Position numbers and translations under genes: made by a program
The notes under the pieces: model-generated
The model's input: the letters and a program-made list of their open reading frames with translations, nothing else
What the model was told of the DNA's origin: nothing
Database searches by the model: none
NCBI GenBank assembly: GCA_964016885.1
Contig: OZ024741.1
Coordinates: forward strand, 147,684,001 to 147,748,000
Direction: 5' to 3'
Origin: Eledone cirrhosa
Taxonomy: Eukaryota
Length of the DNA: 64,000 bases
Shown here: piece after piece, positions 14,561 through 28,167 of the stretch
How positions within the stretch are numbered: position 1 is the stretch's first letter
Layout: each line of letters opens with the position of its first letter

Positions 14561-15196
14561 TAGGATAATAATAACATGACACTATCCTCAAAAAGCTAAA
14601 TTAATATACACTATAGATTAATTTCAAATAGTATCTATTTTTTCTGTGTTCTGTAAAATCAAAGATTGATATAAAGCGACTTTATAAAAGCTAATGCAAT
14701 ATTGTTAAACCTTCAACTGATACTTTGATCTAAAGACGATTCTAGACGTTTGTGGAATGCCCCCCCCCCTCCTCCTCACACACACACACACACATCTTCG
14801 TTGACGCACACACACATGCACACAGAAATAAATATACAACATCTCTCTTTCACTTTCTCTTTTAATAGTTTAATAATTATAGATAGCTTTTATTTTAATT
14901 ATTTGTGCTGTCATTCATATACACTAATGTTACACACAGACACTGCAATATGCACACTTCATTTTTTTCCAATCATTTCAAATTGTTTATATTCAAGGCC
15001 CATGTTTTGCTTCTATGCAATATTGCAGTCTGTACACATGTGTCAATTATACATACTATGTACACAGTATAGAGTTTCTGCCTACTCCGTGCATATGGAA
15101 CAGAGGCCTTATATTCCATCAAGGCAAGAAATATATTGAATTAAATTTATTAACTGGTAAATATTGTAAAAGTGTTTCAATATATATATATATAAA

Positions 15197-16032
15197 TCAT
15201 CATCATTTTACGTCCGCTCTTCCCTGCTTGCAAGTGTGGGACGGGTCTTATTCAGCACAGCATCTCTCCACTTGTCACGGTCCTTCGTCATCTCCACTGT
15301 GAGCTTCAGTGATCTGAGGTCTGTTCTCACCACCTCCGCCCATGTTTTTCGTGGTCTACCTCTACCACGCCTTCCTTCAACTGGCATTTCCTGGCACTTC
15401 TTCACCCATCGGTCATCCTCCATGCGCATCACATGTCCATACCACCTCAGTCTCCTCTCCCATACACTACATTCTATCCCTCTCAGACACAGTTTCTCTC
15501 TCAACACATTCATGCTGTGTCGTTCACGCACATTGACACTGCACATCCAACGGAGCATGCTTGCCTCATTTCTCTCCAGCCGTCGCATATCCTCTGCAGT
15601 TGCTGCCCATGGCTCACTACTATGCAACATCGCGCTCCTTACACAGGCATCATATAACCGTAATACTTTCTCATCTTTGCCTAGGCCTGCTTGGGGAGCA
15701 TAGGCAGAGATGATTGTCAGTAGTCTCCTGCCTACAACTAATCTAAGCTTAATTATTCGATTACTAACTCGAACTACCTCTATTGTCTTATTGATCCATC
15801 TCTCAGCCAGGAAAATGCCTACTCCCCCTAACCCATCATTCTTACCTACCCAGAAAAGCTTATAGCTAAGATGTTTGCCTACGACTAGTCTCGCAGAGGC
15901 ACCTCTCCATCTCACCACTTGCACGCAGCACACATCCACATGCCTTCTCTCCAGCATCTCCGCTATTTCAGCAGATCTACCTCTGAGAGTGCCAACATTA
16001 AGTGTTGCAACTCTGAGATGCGACGTCTTCAT
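15197..16032 (-). mobile_element. RTE-clade LINE, internally deleted (APE N-terminus fused to ORF C-terminus)
   Basis: VATLNVGTL..VCCVQ..YAPQAG (APE) followed by RRLRWYGHVMRM..GRRGRGRPRKTW (RTE C-terminus); (GAT)n tail at 15197-15206. Confidence 0.85.
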
Positions 16033-16259
16033 ATTTTGTTGTTGTTCCTATCTATTTGTTGTTGTGCTGATAAGCATTTTGGCATTGATACACTGGTTGG
16101 ATGCCCTTCCTAACACCAGCACCACTTTACAGCATGGACTGGGTGCTTTTATTTGTGCCACCAGCACTAGAGAGGATGTCTTACTAGACTCAAGGACCCT
16201 CTCTACCCCTCCATTTTACAGTAGGAATAAGAGGGATCAGATGCTGTTTACTCGAGAGA

Positions 16260-16878
16260 AGACTAGTTGGTATGGCCACGTGATGCGCATGAAAGACGAC
16301 AGCTGTATAAAAAAGTGCTGGGCGATCAAAATTGATGGTAGTTACGGAGTAGGTAGACCCAGAAACACCTGGGACGATCTGATAAATTCCGACCTTACAC
16401 ACTTGCACCTCTCTAAGACAATGTCACTGGACCGAGATCTTTGGCGCTACGCAGTAATACAGAAGACCCGCTTTGCCTATGTACAAAGCAAAATCTACAG
16501 TCAGTAGGTACCTCTTAACCAAATATACACCCAATCCACTACCCCTACCCTATCCTCCCACTCCCACCAACACCACCCTCTCTCTATAGAGTTGGTACCA
16601 TAACATCCAGTCCAAATAAATGAGATAAATGAGATCGAGATCGAAAAAATACACAGTCCACGCTGTAATGTGGTCGTGTAGGTAACACGGTAAAAAGTTC
16701 CTAGTTCCACACTGTAAATGTGGTTGGTGTTAGGAAGAGCATCCAGCCGTAGAAAACCTGCCAGGTAGTCCTATATGAGCGAGACACGGTCACCCGACCA
16801 AACCTTGCCTCAAGTGGAACAACTCCCGTCTAACCCATGCTAGCGTGGAAAGTGGACGTTAAACGAAGATGATGATGA
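16260..16878 (+). mobile_element. RTE-clade LINE 3' end
   Basis: WYGHVMRM..GVGRPRNTW; 3' UTR ending GTGGACGTTAAACGAAGATGATGAT. Confidence 0.75.
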
Positions 16879-16950
16879 TATAATAGTAGAACATTGGTGG
16901 GTTATATCCGTAGTAGTAGACCACTCAGTCCATGGGACGAGTTTTGTAGA

Positions 16951-17081
16951 GTAGTTGCACAACAGCTAGTTCACCATACCGAGAACAAATGTTTCACCTT
17001 ATTCACATCCTCAGACCGAGCTGCGGATCTGAATAAGGTGAAATATATGTTCTCAGTATGATGAACTAACTGTTGTGGAAC

Positions 17082-17083
<2 letters not shown>
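16951..17083. repeat. Short fold-back inverted repeat containing a decayed hammerhead-like motif
   Basis: Arms 16951-17014 and 17021-17083 with spacer ACCGAG. The plus arm reads ACCGAG-CTGcGGA..GAAA-TATATG-TT-CTCAGT; the minus arm keeps CTGAGGA. A (TA)n tract follows. Confidence 0.7.
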
Positions 17084-17145
<62 letters not shown>

Positions 17146-18768
17146 TAATATATATATTAATTAAGCAATTTTAGTTAATATATGGAACCTGTCGATAAAT
17201 CATTAGATTCCTTCACCTTTTTCTTTTTAAACTTTCTTCCTAAATATAAACAAGGATATAATAGACTACTCTAAAATGTCTATACTTCCAATGTATTAAA
17301 TAAAATATACGTAAGGTAAATTTCTATACTAAATATAAGGTTATCTGTAGAATCATTGGGTTTTTTAAATCTTTTAAATTATTTTTATTTATTTGTTTTG
17401 ATTATGATAGCTTCTCATAACTTTCATAAGTCTACCCTTTCAATATCTTGATTGAGATATACGTAGGATAAATTTCTATACTAAATATATAAAACATATT
17501 ATTTTAACTTAAGATACTCTATAGTATAAGATATTTAATGCTTTGATATTTCTAGATTTCTTTTGTCTATACTGATATAGTTACATTTCCAAAATATATT
17601 CATTTGGTATTTTAAATTTATATTGTTATGGTTATATTTACAAGTTATAATCCTTTAGTAATATATTGATATTGGATTATCTCTATACAAATGCATATGT
17701 GTATATTAACATGCATAAAAAGTGTTATAGGTTTTTGGGGGTTTTTTTGTTTTTTGTATCTATATATGTCTGTATATATACATGAGTGATCCGTGACGAC
17801 GCACGCAAATATTTATTTATACATATATGTGTGTATATACGTATGTGTATAGATCTATCTGGTTGAGAGATATGTTGGAGATATGCATAATATTAAGCAC
17901 ATGAATGGTAATCGTATATATGAGGACTTGAATGTTAATCGTATATATTTGTATATATATACTGTGAAATTTTTATAACACAAGGAATGTATAGCAGTGA
18001 TTAAGAGAAATCATTTACGTTTTATATGGCTATATTGTTGGCTTGAGTAAACATAATTTCTATTTTCAGGACATGCGTATCTATGTATATATATATATAC
18101 ATATATATTTGTATGTCTTTGCATAAAATACTGATCTCTATAGCAAGGGTACATTTTGAACTCAGATTTTGGTATATTGATCTCAAGTTTCTAAACTAAA
18201 CATATAGTCATTATTGAACAATGTTTAATTTCTCATATTATATATCTATGTCCCATTCAGGAATATTGATACTTATATTTTTATTATTCATTTCATATAA
18301 ATTGTTAACTCAACTTAATATGACATGACGTAAAATTTTCATTGTCCCCCCCCCCCTCTCTCTATATAGTATTTCTCTCTCTTGAGTGCTTCTCTTTCTG
18401 TATGATGACTTGATATCCCTCTGTTGCTTTCCTGTTTTTCTTATTTCTTCCTTTTCTTTCTTTTTTCTTTTTTCTTTTTTATTTCCTCCTATCTGTATTT
18501 ATCTCTTTCTTTTCTCCATACATTTCTCTCTCTCTCCGATATTTCTCCAGGGTTTCTTTCTCTTTCTTTATCTCTCTCCGTCTTTGTTCTTTTCTCTCTC
18601 TTTTTCTCTCTCTCCGTCTTTTTCTTTCTCTCCGTCTTTTTCTAATTGTGCTTAACACTATGACTTATTAAAACAATGTAAACAAATCACTATCCAGACA
18701 GCCCCCAAAACTAATGGTTGTATTTTAAAAGGGTACGTCAAAACTATTTGTAAAACTGTTATATATTG

Positions 18769-18833
18769 TATTTTGTCTGATGAAGGCATACCATAATTTA
18801 ATGTAGTATCCCTGAAATATGTATAATGAAATA
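18769..18833 (+). ncRNA. Minimal hammerhead ribozyme, same family as 9260-9324
   Basis: TATTTTGT-CTGATGA-AGGcATAC..GTATcCCT-GAAA-TATGTA-TA-ATGAAATA; flanks 18690-18870 are homologous to 8990-9360; (TA)n at 18875. Confidence 0.75.
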
Positions 18834-18872
18834 AATATGGTTTTATAAATATAGTTTCCATTTATTAATATC

Positions 18873-18911
<39 letters not shown>

Positions 18912-19030
18912 GTTCGGATCTAGCTGTTGAAAAGGCTGGAACTCAGCCATCGGGGTCCTGACTCTTAGGGGATGTGTATGTATGTGTGTGTGCATATGTA
19001 TGTATATATACAATTTGTATGTATGAATGA

Positions 19031-19098
<68 letters not shown>

Positions 19099-19203
19099 GT
19101 GTCTATGTATTTGTGTATGTATGGTTATGAGTGTGACCATGTTTGCTTTTATGTCCTCATACGTATATATATATATGTGTGTGTGTGGTGTGTATATACA
19201 TGA

Positions 19204-19272
<69 letters not shown>

Positions 19273-19359
19273 GTAATTCCGTCGGAAAGGTCCAGGAAAA
19301 AAGAGTGCTCTATGTAGGTTACAGAGCTTATTTGTTATGTAATAAACAACATAAGATAA

Positions 19360-19426
19360 TTTTTTCATTTACCAGTGGTTTCTTGAAAGCAAATAAATTT
19401 GCTTTCATTCATCAGAATGAAAAAAA
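19360..19426 (-). ncRNA. Type I hammerhead ribozyme within fold-back repeat 19334-19519
   Basis: Minus strand: TTTTTTCATT-CTGATGA-a-TGAAAGCAAAT(tt)ATTTGCTTTCA-a-GAAA-CCACTGG-TA-AATGAAAAAA; long perfect stems I and II; GUA triplet. Confidence 0.82.
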
Positions 19427-19515
19427 TCCTGGTGTATTTCTAATACACCAGGATTTTTGTTTGCTTTCAAGAAACCACTGGTAAATGAAATAATTATCTT
19501 ATGTTGTTTATTACA

Positions 19516-19608
<93 letters not shown>

Positions 19609-19633
19609 GTGGGAAAGTGAAAAATCGGAGAAT

Positions 19634-19711
19634 AGACCGTTAAAACATGTTTATTTAAAATATCACCTACGTACGTAGGTGATATTTTAAATAAACATGT
19701 TTTAACGGTCT
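19634..19711. repeat. Perfect 78-bp spacerless palindrome
   Basis: 39-bp arms are exact reverse complements around CCTACGT|ACGTAGG; an extra imperfect outer arm pair lies at 19607-19620 and 19711-19724. Confidence 0.95.
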
Positions 19712-19880
19712 TACTTTCCCGCGTGCTTACGCTCTGCTAACTCTCTAGCCCACTAAATATTAACACTTCGAATATTTAATACTGCCGGCACTAGTATCGA
19801 GCACCTTTGGCATACGCTACTTGGCAAATAACTATATGTATCACCTATCCCTCCTTTTTCTCTCTTTCTCGATACGTAAA

Positions 19881-19958
<78 letters not shown>

Positions 19959-20171
19959 ACTTATGTGTATACTTTAATGTATGCATGTATGTGTATGTAC
20001 TTATGTTTCTATTGTGAGTGAACATTCTTTTTCTTTTTCTTTTTCTTATACTTGTGTGTGTGTGTGGTGAATGCATATATATATATATATATAATTGGTT
20101 ATGCACGAGTGAATTAAGGTTTTCCAGGACACAGTGTTATGTACCTGAACATTCTGGTGCGGTAAACATAA

Positions 20172-20286
20172 TCTCTGATGACATGGGATCGATTGTGCAT
20201 TGGATGTCGAATGCTCTACTAACTATATAATATTATAGATGCAGCGAGATCTAGGAAAATTGATGTCTATTGAAACGTACGTTAGA
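20172..20286 (+). ncRNA. Hammerhead-like motif with long stem II
   Basis: TCT-CTGATGA-(about 90 nt, ends imperfectly complementary)-GAAA-CGTACG-TT-AGA; palindromic stem III; (TA)n at 20334. Confidence 0.6.
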
Positions 20287-20330
20287 ACCGAATAAATCTC
20301 TTTTACTGCATCTTTCTGTTCTTTTTGATT

Positions 20331-20428
<98 letters not shown>

Positions 20429-20531
20429 TTCAGGTTATCAATAATGTAGTGATAATATATCGTTACGTTAGAGATGAACAGCGTACGTGCAGGTTTGCTC
20501 AACGAGTATAAATTATATTCCGGAGAAAATG

Positions 20532-21203
20532 TAGAAAGGATGAATATAAAATGAAAGTGCTTTTGTTAAAAAAGGAATTTATTAGGTATTGACATATGTT
20601 TCTGTAACAGACCGAATACCTATGTATCGCTGCTTGCGTAATCATATAATGTTAGCAAGTATTCGATAGCAAATGTATAATCAGTTGTCACTTCTTCAGA
20701 GATTTTGGATAAATTGGATAAAATCAGAAAAATTGAAGTATTTATATTAGTAAAAGAGGAAGGAACAGAGGGGATAGTATATGACAGATGGTAAATTAAT
20801 TTACTGCTAAACAAGTATATAATGGGTTTCTAATGAGAATACCATGAGTAAATCTAAATAAGAATTTTGGGAGTGCCAATTTTAATCTCTACTTGACCAA
20901 CTGGACAGTGGACAGGGCTGGTCATTTGGTGCAGTAGTATTAATATAAATACTTCAATTTTTCTGATTTTATCCAATTTATCCAATTTATCCAATTTATC
21001 TAATTTATCCAATTTAATTTATCCAATTTATCCAAAATCTCTGAAGAAGTGACAACTGATTATACATTTGCTATCGAATACTTGCTAACATTATATGATT
21101 ACGCAAGCAGCGATACATAAGTATTCGGTCTGTTACAGAAACATATGTCAATACCTAATAAATTCCTTTTTTAACAAAAGCACTTTCATTTTATATTCAT
21201 CCT

Positions 21204-21208
<5 letters not shown>
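20532..21208. repeat. Inverted repeat of a hammerhead-bearing module
   Basis: Arms 20532-20749 and 20941-21208. Plus arm 21041-21149: CTGAAGA-aGTGACA..TGTTACa-GAAA-CATATG-TC; stem I is not evident. (TA)n on both sides. Confidence 0.88.
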
Positions 21209-21256
<48 letters not shown>

Positions 21257-21762
21257 TTCAAAATATTATCAAATGAAGATATTCACATAATCAAAATATA
21301 TGCTTTATTATATATGTTTCGAAGGTACTGTGTTGTTTTTTCAGTACGTCCTCGTCAGATAAAATATATGATTTGATATATGACATACCGCTACAGTCTT
21401 GATATTCCAATTCCTGTATTGGCAGTCATTTGTTTCATCAAATCTCAAAATTTATATACTACAAATAATACTATGATAAACTTAAAGAAGAAAAGGACGT
21501 GGAGTGCATTAGAGATATAAGAGAGGGTGTAAAGAGGAGGGAGGCAAGAAAAAAAGAAAGAAAGAAAAAAAGAAGAAACAATAAATAAATACATACATAC
21601 ATATATATTTAAATGAATAAAATAAAATAAATGGATTAATGAATAGAGGAAGAAGGGAGAAATAACGACAAAAGAGAGGAAACATAAAATATATGGGTGG
21701 ATTTATACTCCAGAAAACCTGTCGAGTACTCTGAATATCCATTTTGCTTATATATATATATA

Positions 21763-24517
21763 TTAGGGTGTTCCAGAATACCACATTTTACACAAAGGTG
21801 TTTTTTTCTTAGCTCCCTACGCATTTTCTTATGCCATTTTGTATATTATCAATTTATAATGTAATTTTGATTATTTCAGACTAATTTAAGCCTTGCCTAA
21901 TAGTTGCAAATTGGCAGAATAATGACGGAAACCAGTGGGCCTAGTTGTATCTACTCGCTCCGTTGTGATTATCGAGAAATATGGCTCCTGGGGCAATATG
22001 TTACATCCTTTTCACCAAACAAAATACCAACAACGGGGGATGTTCTAAGATGTTTCTTCTACCTGAAAGATGGTCCTATGAAACACGAAAAGCATGTGAG
22101 CTTCAATGGTGTTATTGCGGATAGGCTTGTGATGGAAGTAGTTAGTCAGTGGGAAAAAGCTGGTGTGGCGACTCAACAAAAAGACAAAGTGAAACTGAAA
22201 ATTATGAACATGCACAGTGAATACAGAAATTTACAAAAAAACAAAGGTTCTAAGTCAAGCAAAGAAAAGGAAGCACTATTTATTTCTGAATTGGATTCGT
22301 ATTTCTACATTGCACATACTGATGCTGAAAAGAAAATTTTGAAAGATCGTCTTCGTAATAATGAACAGAAAATGGAAGATGGTACATTTCTCGAAGCCCT
22401 GCGTTGCCAGAAAAAATTATCTCTGTGCTGCCAGAAAAAGGTATCTTCAAAGTTTAAGCGTAATCAGGTTTCTGTGGCTCGTCGAGAGTCAGAGAACCAT
22501 AGAAAGCCTTTGTCAGGATCTGTAGCAGCACAACTTCCACGTAATGAACTGAATCATTTAAGTTCAACCAATGATGAAACTGAAGATGAACAGGATCCTG
22601 AATTTCAGGCCTCAAACCCACCCAGAGATAGCTCAAAGTCAGACAAGAAACGAAATATGCAGCTGGAACTCCCAAAGAATCCATTTCAAAGTCCAAAAAA
22701 TTTTCTAATGGCTGATTATTTAAACCTGACACTGGCCCAGAGAACAGCATTTATGGCATCGATTATTTCTGAGGGTGGGACTGACATAGACGCCACGACT
22801 CTCTCCAAGAATAGTAGCAGACGTGCAGCTAAGAAGATCAGAACTGTGGGGGCTGAACATAAAGGAACAATTTGCTGTACCAGACTTTGTTACTTTGCAT
22901 TGGGATGGCAAAATAATTCCTGGTGACCACGAGAGGCTAGGTGTGCTAGTTGCTGTAACTCCAGACTTCAGAGAAGGTAAACTCCTCAGTGTTCCTATAA
23001 TTCCTGATGGCACTGGAACCACCCAAGCCAAAGCATCATTTGATATTGTTAAAGATTGGAATGTTGATGGGTCTGTGGTGGGCTTGGTCTTCGATACAAC
23101 TGCTTCGAATTCTGGATGGAAAAATGGTGCCTGCGTGAAACTAGAAGAGATGCTCAACAAAAAGGTGTTTTATTCTGCTTGTCGGCACCATTAATATTTG
23201 GAGCATATCTTGTGTGCAGTGTGGCAATGTCCAGTCCAGCCACCGCAGAGTTCAAGGAGTTCAAAAAAGATTGGGTGTCACTCACGGACAAGACCAACTT
23301 TAAAACATTTAACATTGTCGACCGAAGACTCAAACGTCTGTGTTCTGAGAACATCAAGTTCCTCCAAGATTTGCTGACATCCGACAATGGGAAAATGAGT
23401 TCTCTTCCACGGACGACTATCGAGAATGTTCGTAGTTGATGTTGATCTTGCTTGGTGTCACCCCTACTCGTGGAATACATTGGATGCTGCTTGGTGCACA
23501 TCATAACGCTCGCTGGATGTCCACAATCATCTATAGTGCAAAGATGTATGCATTTGGTGAGCGACTCAATTACAATCAAGCTAAAATGGAAAAGTTGCGC
23601 CGGATCTGTATGTTCAATGCTCTGTTCTACGTGCGATACTGGCTGACAGCAGTCAAGTGTGCTGATGCACCATCCAATGACCTTCAATTCTACATGGAGT
23701 TGACACAGTACAGTAAAGTTGACAGAGATCTCTCGCAGGCAGCCACTACTGCTCTGAGCAGGCATCTTTGGTACCTGACGGAGGAAGCCATTCCGCTAGC
23801 GTTGTTTTCAAGTCGGATCCAAGAGTCCGAGAAGACAAATAGCCCAACGTCTTGTCAAAACGAAAACGTCCGGGCCGCTCGACCGTGGTGCTCTAGTATT
23901 TCCCGAGTTGAAGTCGTCCACGAAGCTGCCTCATCTAGTTGGGAAGAAATCAAGGCTTCTGTTCGATCTCCTTGGTCTCGACGATACTTGGCTTGAGCTG
24001 TCACCCGCAACTTGGTCATCACAAGCGTCATATCAAAATGCAAGTGCTGTTGTTCACAATATCAAGGTAGTCAACGATCTGGCGGAAAGAGCAGTCAAGT
24101 TGATAATTGATTTTGTTGCTATCACCAAGAATGAGGAGAAGAAGCAGTGTGTTCTTCAAGTAGTCGAAGCTCATCGTCGTAAGGTCACGGATTTCAAAAA
24201 AGAAACTGTGTAAAAAATATGACTGGAGTTAACTTAAATGAACTTGTTTCTTCCTTGTACGCCTTTATATTCAAAGCTGGTTTACTAAATATAATGGATT
24301 AATAAAATAAACAATTATTGTATGGTCATATTTGGTTTCACATTTTCATGATTTCATGCAACATAATCACACTTTCCACTATAATCACCATGATATAGGC
24401 AAGGCTCAAAATAATTTATTTTATACAAAATGTTTTATTTTACCAATTGGGGCATTTATAATGGGAAAATAAACAGGGAGCATTAGTATTGTGACCTTGC
24501 TTTTTATGGCACACTAA
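21763..24517 (+). mobile_element. Decayed hAT-superfamily DNA transposon (hATm-like) with terminal inverted repeats
   Basis: Termini TTAGGGTG and CACACTAA, in a (TA)n context. Transposase fragments 21922-24213 carry LHWDGK, FDTTASNSG, ACRHH, HHNARWM, RHLWYL and VVNDLAERAVK, with several frameshifts and stops. The subfamily name is from motif recall. Confidence 0.8.
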
Positions 24518-24855
24518 CATATATATATACATACCTAATTTTTTATTTCCCTTTTTTGTCAACCCGTTCATTTTTGTCTTTGTATATATATTTTTTATTT
24601 TGTTTTATTAATTTTCATGTCTGCTTATCTCGCTACTGATCTGGTTCGACTTTATGCATGCGTGTGTGGTGTGTTCTGTATATGTATTTATGTACGTATG
24701 TGGATATATGGTTTCATGTCCATACGTGTGTGTGCGAATGTGTACCTATATGCACGTTTGTATGTATGTGTGTGTGTCTGTGTGTACAGGTGTGTAAGCG
24801 TGCACGTATGTGCGTATATTTATGTGTGCGTATACATGCATGTATATACATATTT

Positions 24856-26185
24856 TTTCAAGTCGCTGGCTGGACTGAAAAGTCACACTCGTTCAGCGCA
24901 TCGGTAGGGGTTCTCCTACATGGATATAAAGTAGTGGCCGTACTCGAAAACGAGTTGGCAGCCACCATATATGTATGTATATATATATGTATGTATATAT
25001 GTATGTATATATATATGTATGTATATATGTATGTATATATATATGTAAAAAAAAAAAGGCAAAGGGGCTCTAAAGAGTCAATAGCCATCCAAAATCACCG
25101 GGAGAGATGACCCCTTAGCCTTTGTCAAGGCAGAATTCTAGGAGAAGGAAAACTCTGATATAACACCTGCAACCCTGATGGTAATCAATGATGTTGAATT
25201 GTTCTTCTTTTTGGTAAATATCATCTTGGTTAAGAGAGTGGGACTGGCTTTGTGCAGTGCCTTTGCTCACTATAAAAGCTTCACAGCACAGGCATTGCTT
25301 TATATCTGGAGATCTCTCTGCACTTGTCGTCACATGGTACCATGGGCCCAGCACTATGTGTCAATAATTGTCACAAGTGTAGTGTTTGTACCAGAGTTTT
25401 CAAGTCGCTGGCTGGACTAAAAAGTCACATTCGTTCAGCGCATTGGTAGGGGTTCTCTTACATGGATATAAAGTAGTGGCTGTACTCGAAAACGAGTTGG
25501 CAGCCACCATATATATATGTATGTATATATGTATATATATATGTATGTATGTATATATGTATGTATATCCCCTGGTTAGCTTTACTCTGTTGTTCTCCTG
25601 TCTCACTCGCTTTACGCGTTTTAATTGTCCTAATAACTTATTTTGGTTATTATTGCACCGACGTGAGATATATGATTTTTAATGCAATGAAATATCTATG
25701 ATCTTCGGCAAATCACTGATGAGGGACTTATTTTATTACATGTTATCCATGTGCTACCTGCAGTATTTTTCTCTATATATATATGTATGTATATATGTAT
25801 GTATATATATGTATGTATGTATATATGTATGTATATATGTATGTATGTATATATGTATGTATATATATATGTATGTGTATATGTATATATATATGTATGT
25901 ATATATATATGTATATATATATGTATGTATATATGTATGTATATATGTATGTATATATGTATGTATATATGTATGTATATGTGTATGTATGTATGTATAT
26001 GTATATATGTGTGTATATATGTGTGTATATATGTATATGTATATATGTATGTATATATATATGTGTATATATATATATGTATATATATGTATGTATATAT
26101 ATATATGTATATATATATATATGTATATATATATATGTGTATATATATATGTGTATATATATATATGTATATGTATGTGTGTATG

Positions 26186-26238
<53 letters not shown>

Positions 26239-26287
26239 GTATGTGTATGTATGTATATGTATGTATGTATATATATGTATGTGTATG

Positions 26288-26326
<39 letters not shown>

Positions 26327-26465
26327 GTATATGTATATATGTATGTATATATATATATGTATGTATATATGTATGTATGTATATATATATGTATGTATAT
26401 ATATATGTATGTATGTATGTATATATATATATATATATATGTATGTATATATATATATGTGTGTA

Positions 26466-26501
<36 letters not shown>

Positions 26502-28167
26502 CGTATGTATGTATGTATGTATGTATGTATGTATGTATGTATGTATGTATGTATGTATGTATGTATGTATGTATGTACGTATGTCAGGTCACCAGTTGGT
26601 GCTACTGGTAACATGTATCCCAGTACAACCTGTCCCATGGTCGGGTCGTTGGCGACTAAACTGGCAACCCCACCAAGATTTCTTGGTGAGGAGGGTGACT
26701 TTGGACATCCTGCAGGACTAAAAACAAAACCTGTCAAAGGGCAAAGGAACTCTTAAGAGTCAATGGCCATCCAAAATCACCGGGAGAGATGACCCCTTAG
26801 CCTTTGTCAAGGCAGAATTCTAGGAGAAGGAAAACTCTGATATAACACCTGCAACCCTGATGGTATCCAATGATGTTGACTTGTTCTTCTTTTTGGTAAA
26901 TATCATCTTGGTTAAGAGAGTAGGACTGGCTTTGTGCAGTGCCTTTGTTCACTATAAAAGCTTCATGGCACAGGCATTGCTTTATATCTGGAGATCTCTC
27001 TGCACTTGTCGTCACATGGTACCATGGGCACAGCACTATGTGTCAATAATTGTCACAAGTGTAGTGTTTGTACCAGAGATTTCAAGTCGCTGGCTGGACT
27101 AAAAAGACACACTCGTTCAGCGCATCGGTTGGGGTTCTCCTACATGGACATAAAGTAGTGGCCGTACTCGAAAACGAGTTGGCAGCCACCATGTATATAT
27201 ATATGTATGTATATATATATGTATGTATATATATATATATATGTATGTATATGTATGTATGTGTATATGTATGTATATATATATGTATGTATATATATAT
27301 GTATGTATGTATATATATATGTGTGTATATGTATGTATATATATGTGTGTGTATGTGTGTGTATGTGTATATATGTGTATATGTGTGTGTATATATGTGT
27401 GTATATATATCTATATATATGTGTATATGTATATGTGTATATATATGTGTGTATATATATGTGTATATATATATATATGTATATGTGTATGTGTATATAT
27501 ATATATGTATGTGTATTTATATATATATGTGTATGTATATGTATGTATATATATATGTATACATTATGTCAGGTCACCACTTGGTGCTACTGGTAACATG
27601 TATCCCAGTACAACCTGTCTCATGGTCGGGTGGTTGGCGACTAAACTGGCAACCCCACCAAGGTTTCTTGGTGAGGAGGGTGACTTTGGACATCCTGCAG
27701 GACTAAAAACAAAACCTGTCAAAGGGCAAAGGAGCTCTTGAGAGTCAATGGCCATCCAAAATCACCGGGAGAGATGACCCCTTAGCCTTTGTCAAGGCAG
27801 AATTCTAGGAGAAGGAAAACTCTGATATAACACCTGCAACCCTGATGGTATCCAATGATGTTGAAGTGTTTTTCTTTTTGGTAAATATCATCTTGGTTAA
27901 GAGAGTGGGACTGGCTTTGTGCATTGCCTTTGCTCACTATAAAAGATTCACAGCACAGGCATTGCTTTATATCTGGAGATCTCTCTGCACTTGTCATCAC
28001 ATGGGCCCAGCACTATGTGTCAATAATTGTCACAAGTGTAGTGTTTGTACCAGAGTTTTCAAGTCGCTGGCTGGACTAAAAAGTCACACTCGTTCAGCGC
28101 ATCGGTAGGGGTTCTCCTACATGGATATAAAGTAGTGGCCGTACTCGAAAACGAGTTGGCAGCCACC
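24856..28167 (+). mobile_element. Head-to-tail cluster of a roughly 600-bp non-autonomous RTE derivative separated by (TATG)/(TA) tracts
   Basis: Copies at 24856-24966, 25055-25508, 26583-27190 and 27568-28167. The 5' part is homologous to the RTE 5' end at 60660-60848 (minus strand); the 3' part encodes [23 protein letters not shown]-stop. Confidence 0.8.
25773..26582. repeat. Long compound (TA)n/(TATG)n microsatellite
   Basis: Seen directly. Confidence 0.95.

Noticed and set aside
26583-26700. HDV-like or twister ribozyme at the RTE-type 5' end (also 60720-60848, minus strand)
   Set aside because: Hairpins and partial motifs (GTCCCATG, GAGGAGGG, CTAAACTGG) are present, but I could not build the required nested pseudoknot in both copies. 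A covariance-model search would be needed.
28040-28108. Host C2H2 zinc-finger gene
   Set aside because: It is a single finger repeated in each copy of the non-autonomous RTE unit, with no supporting gene structure.
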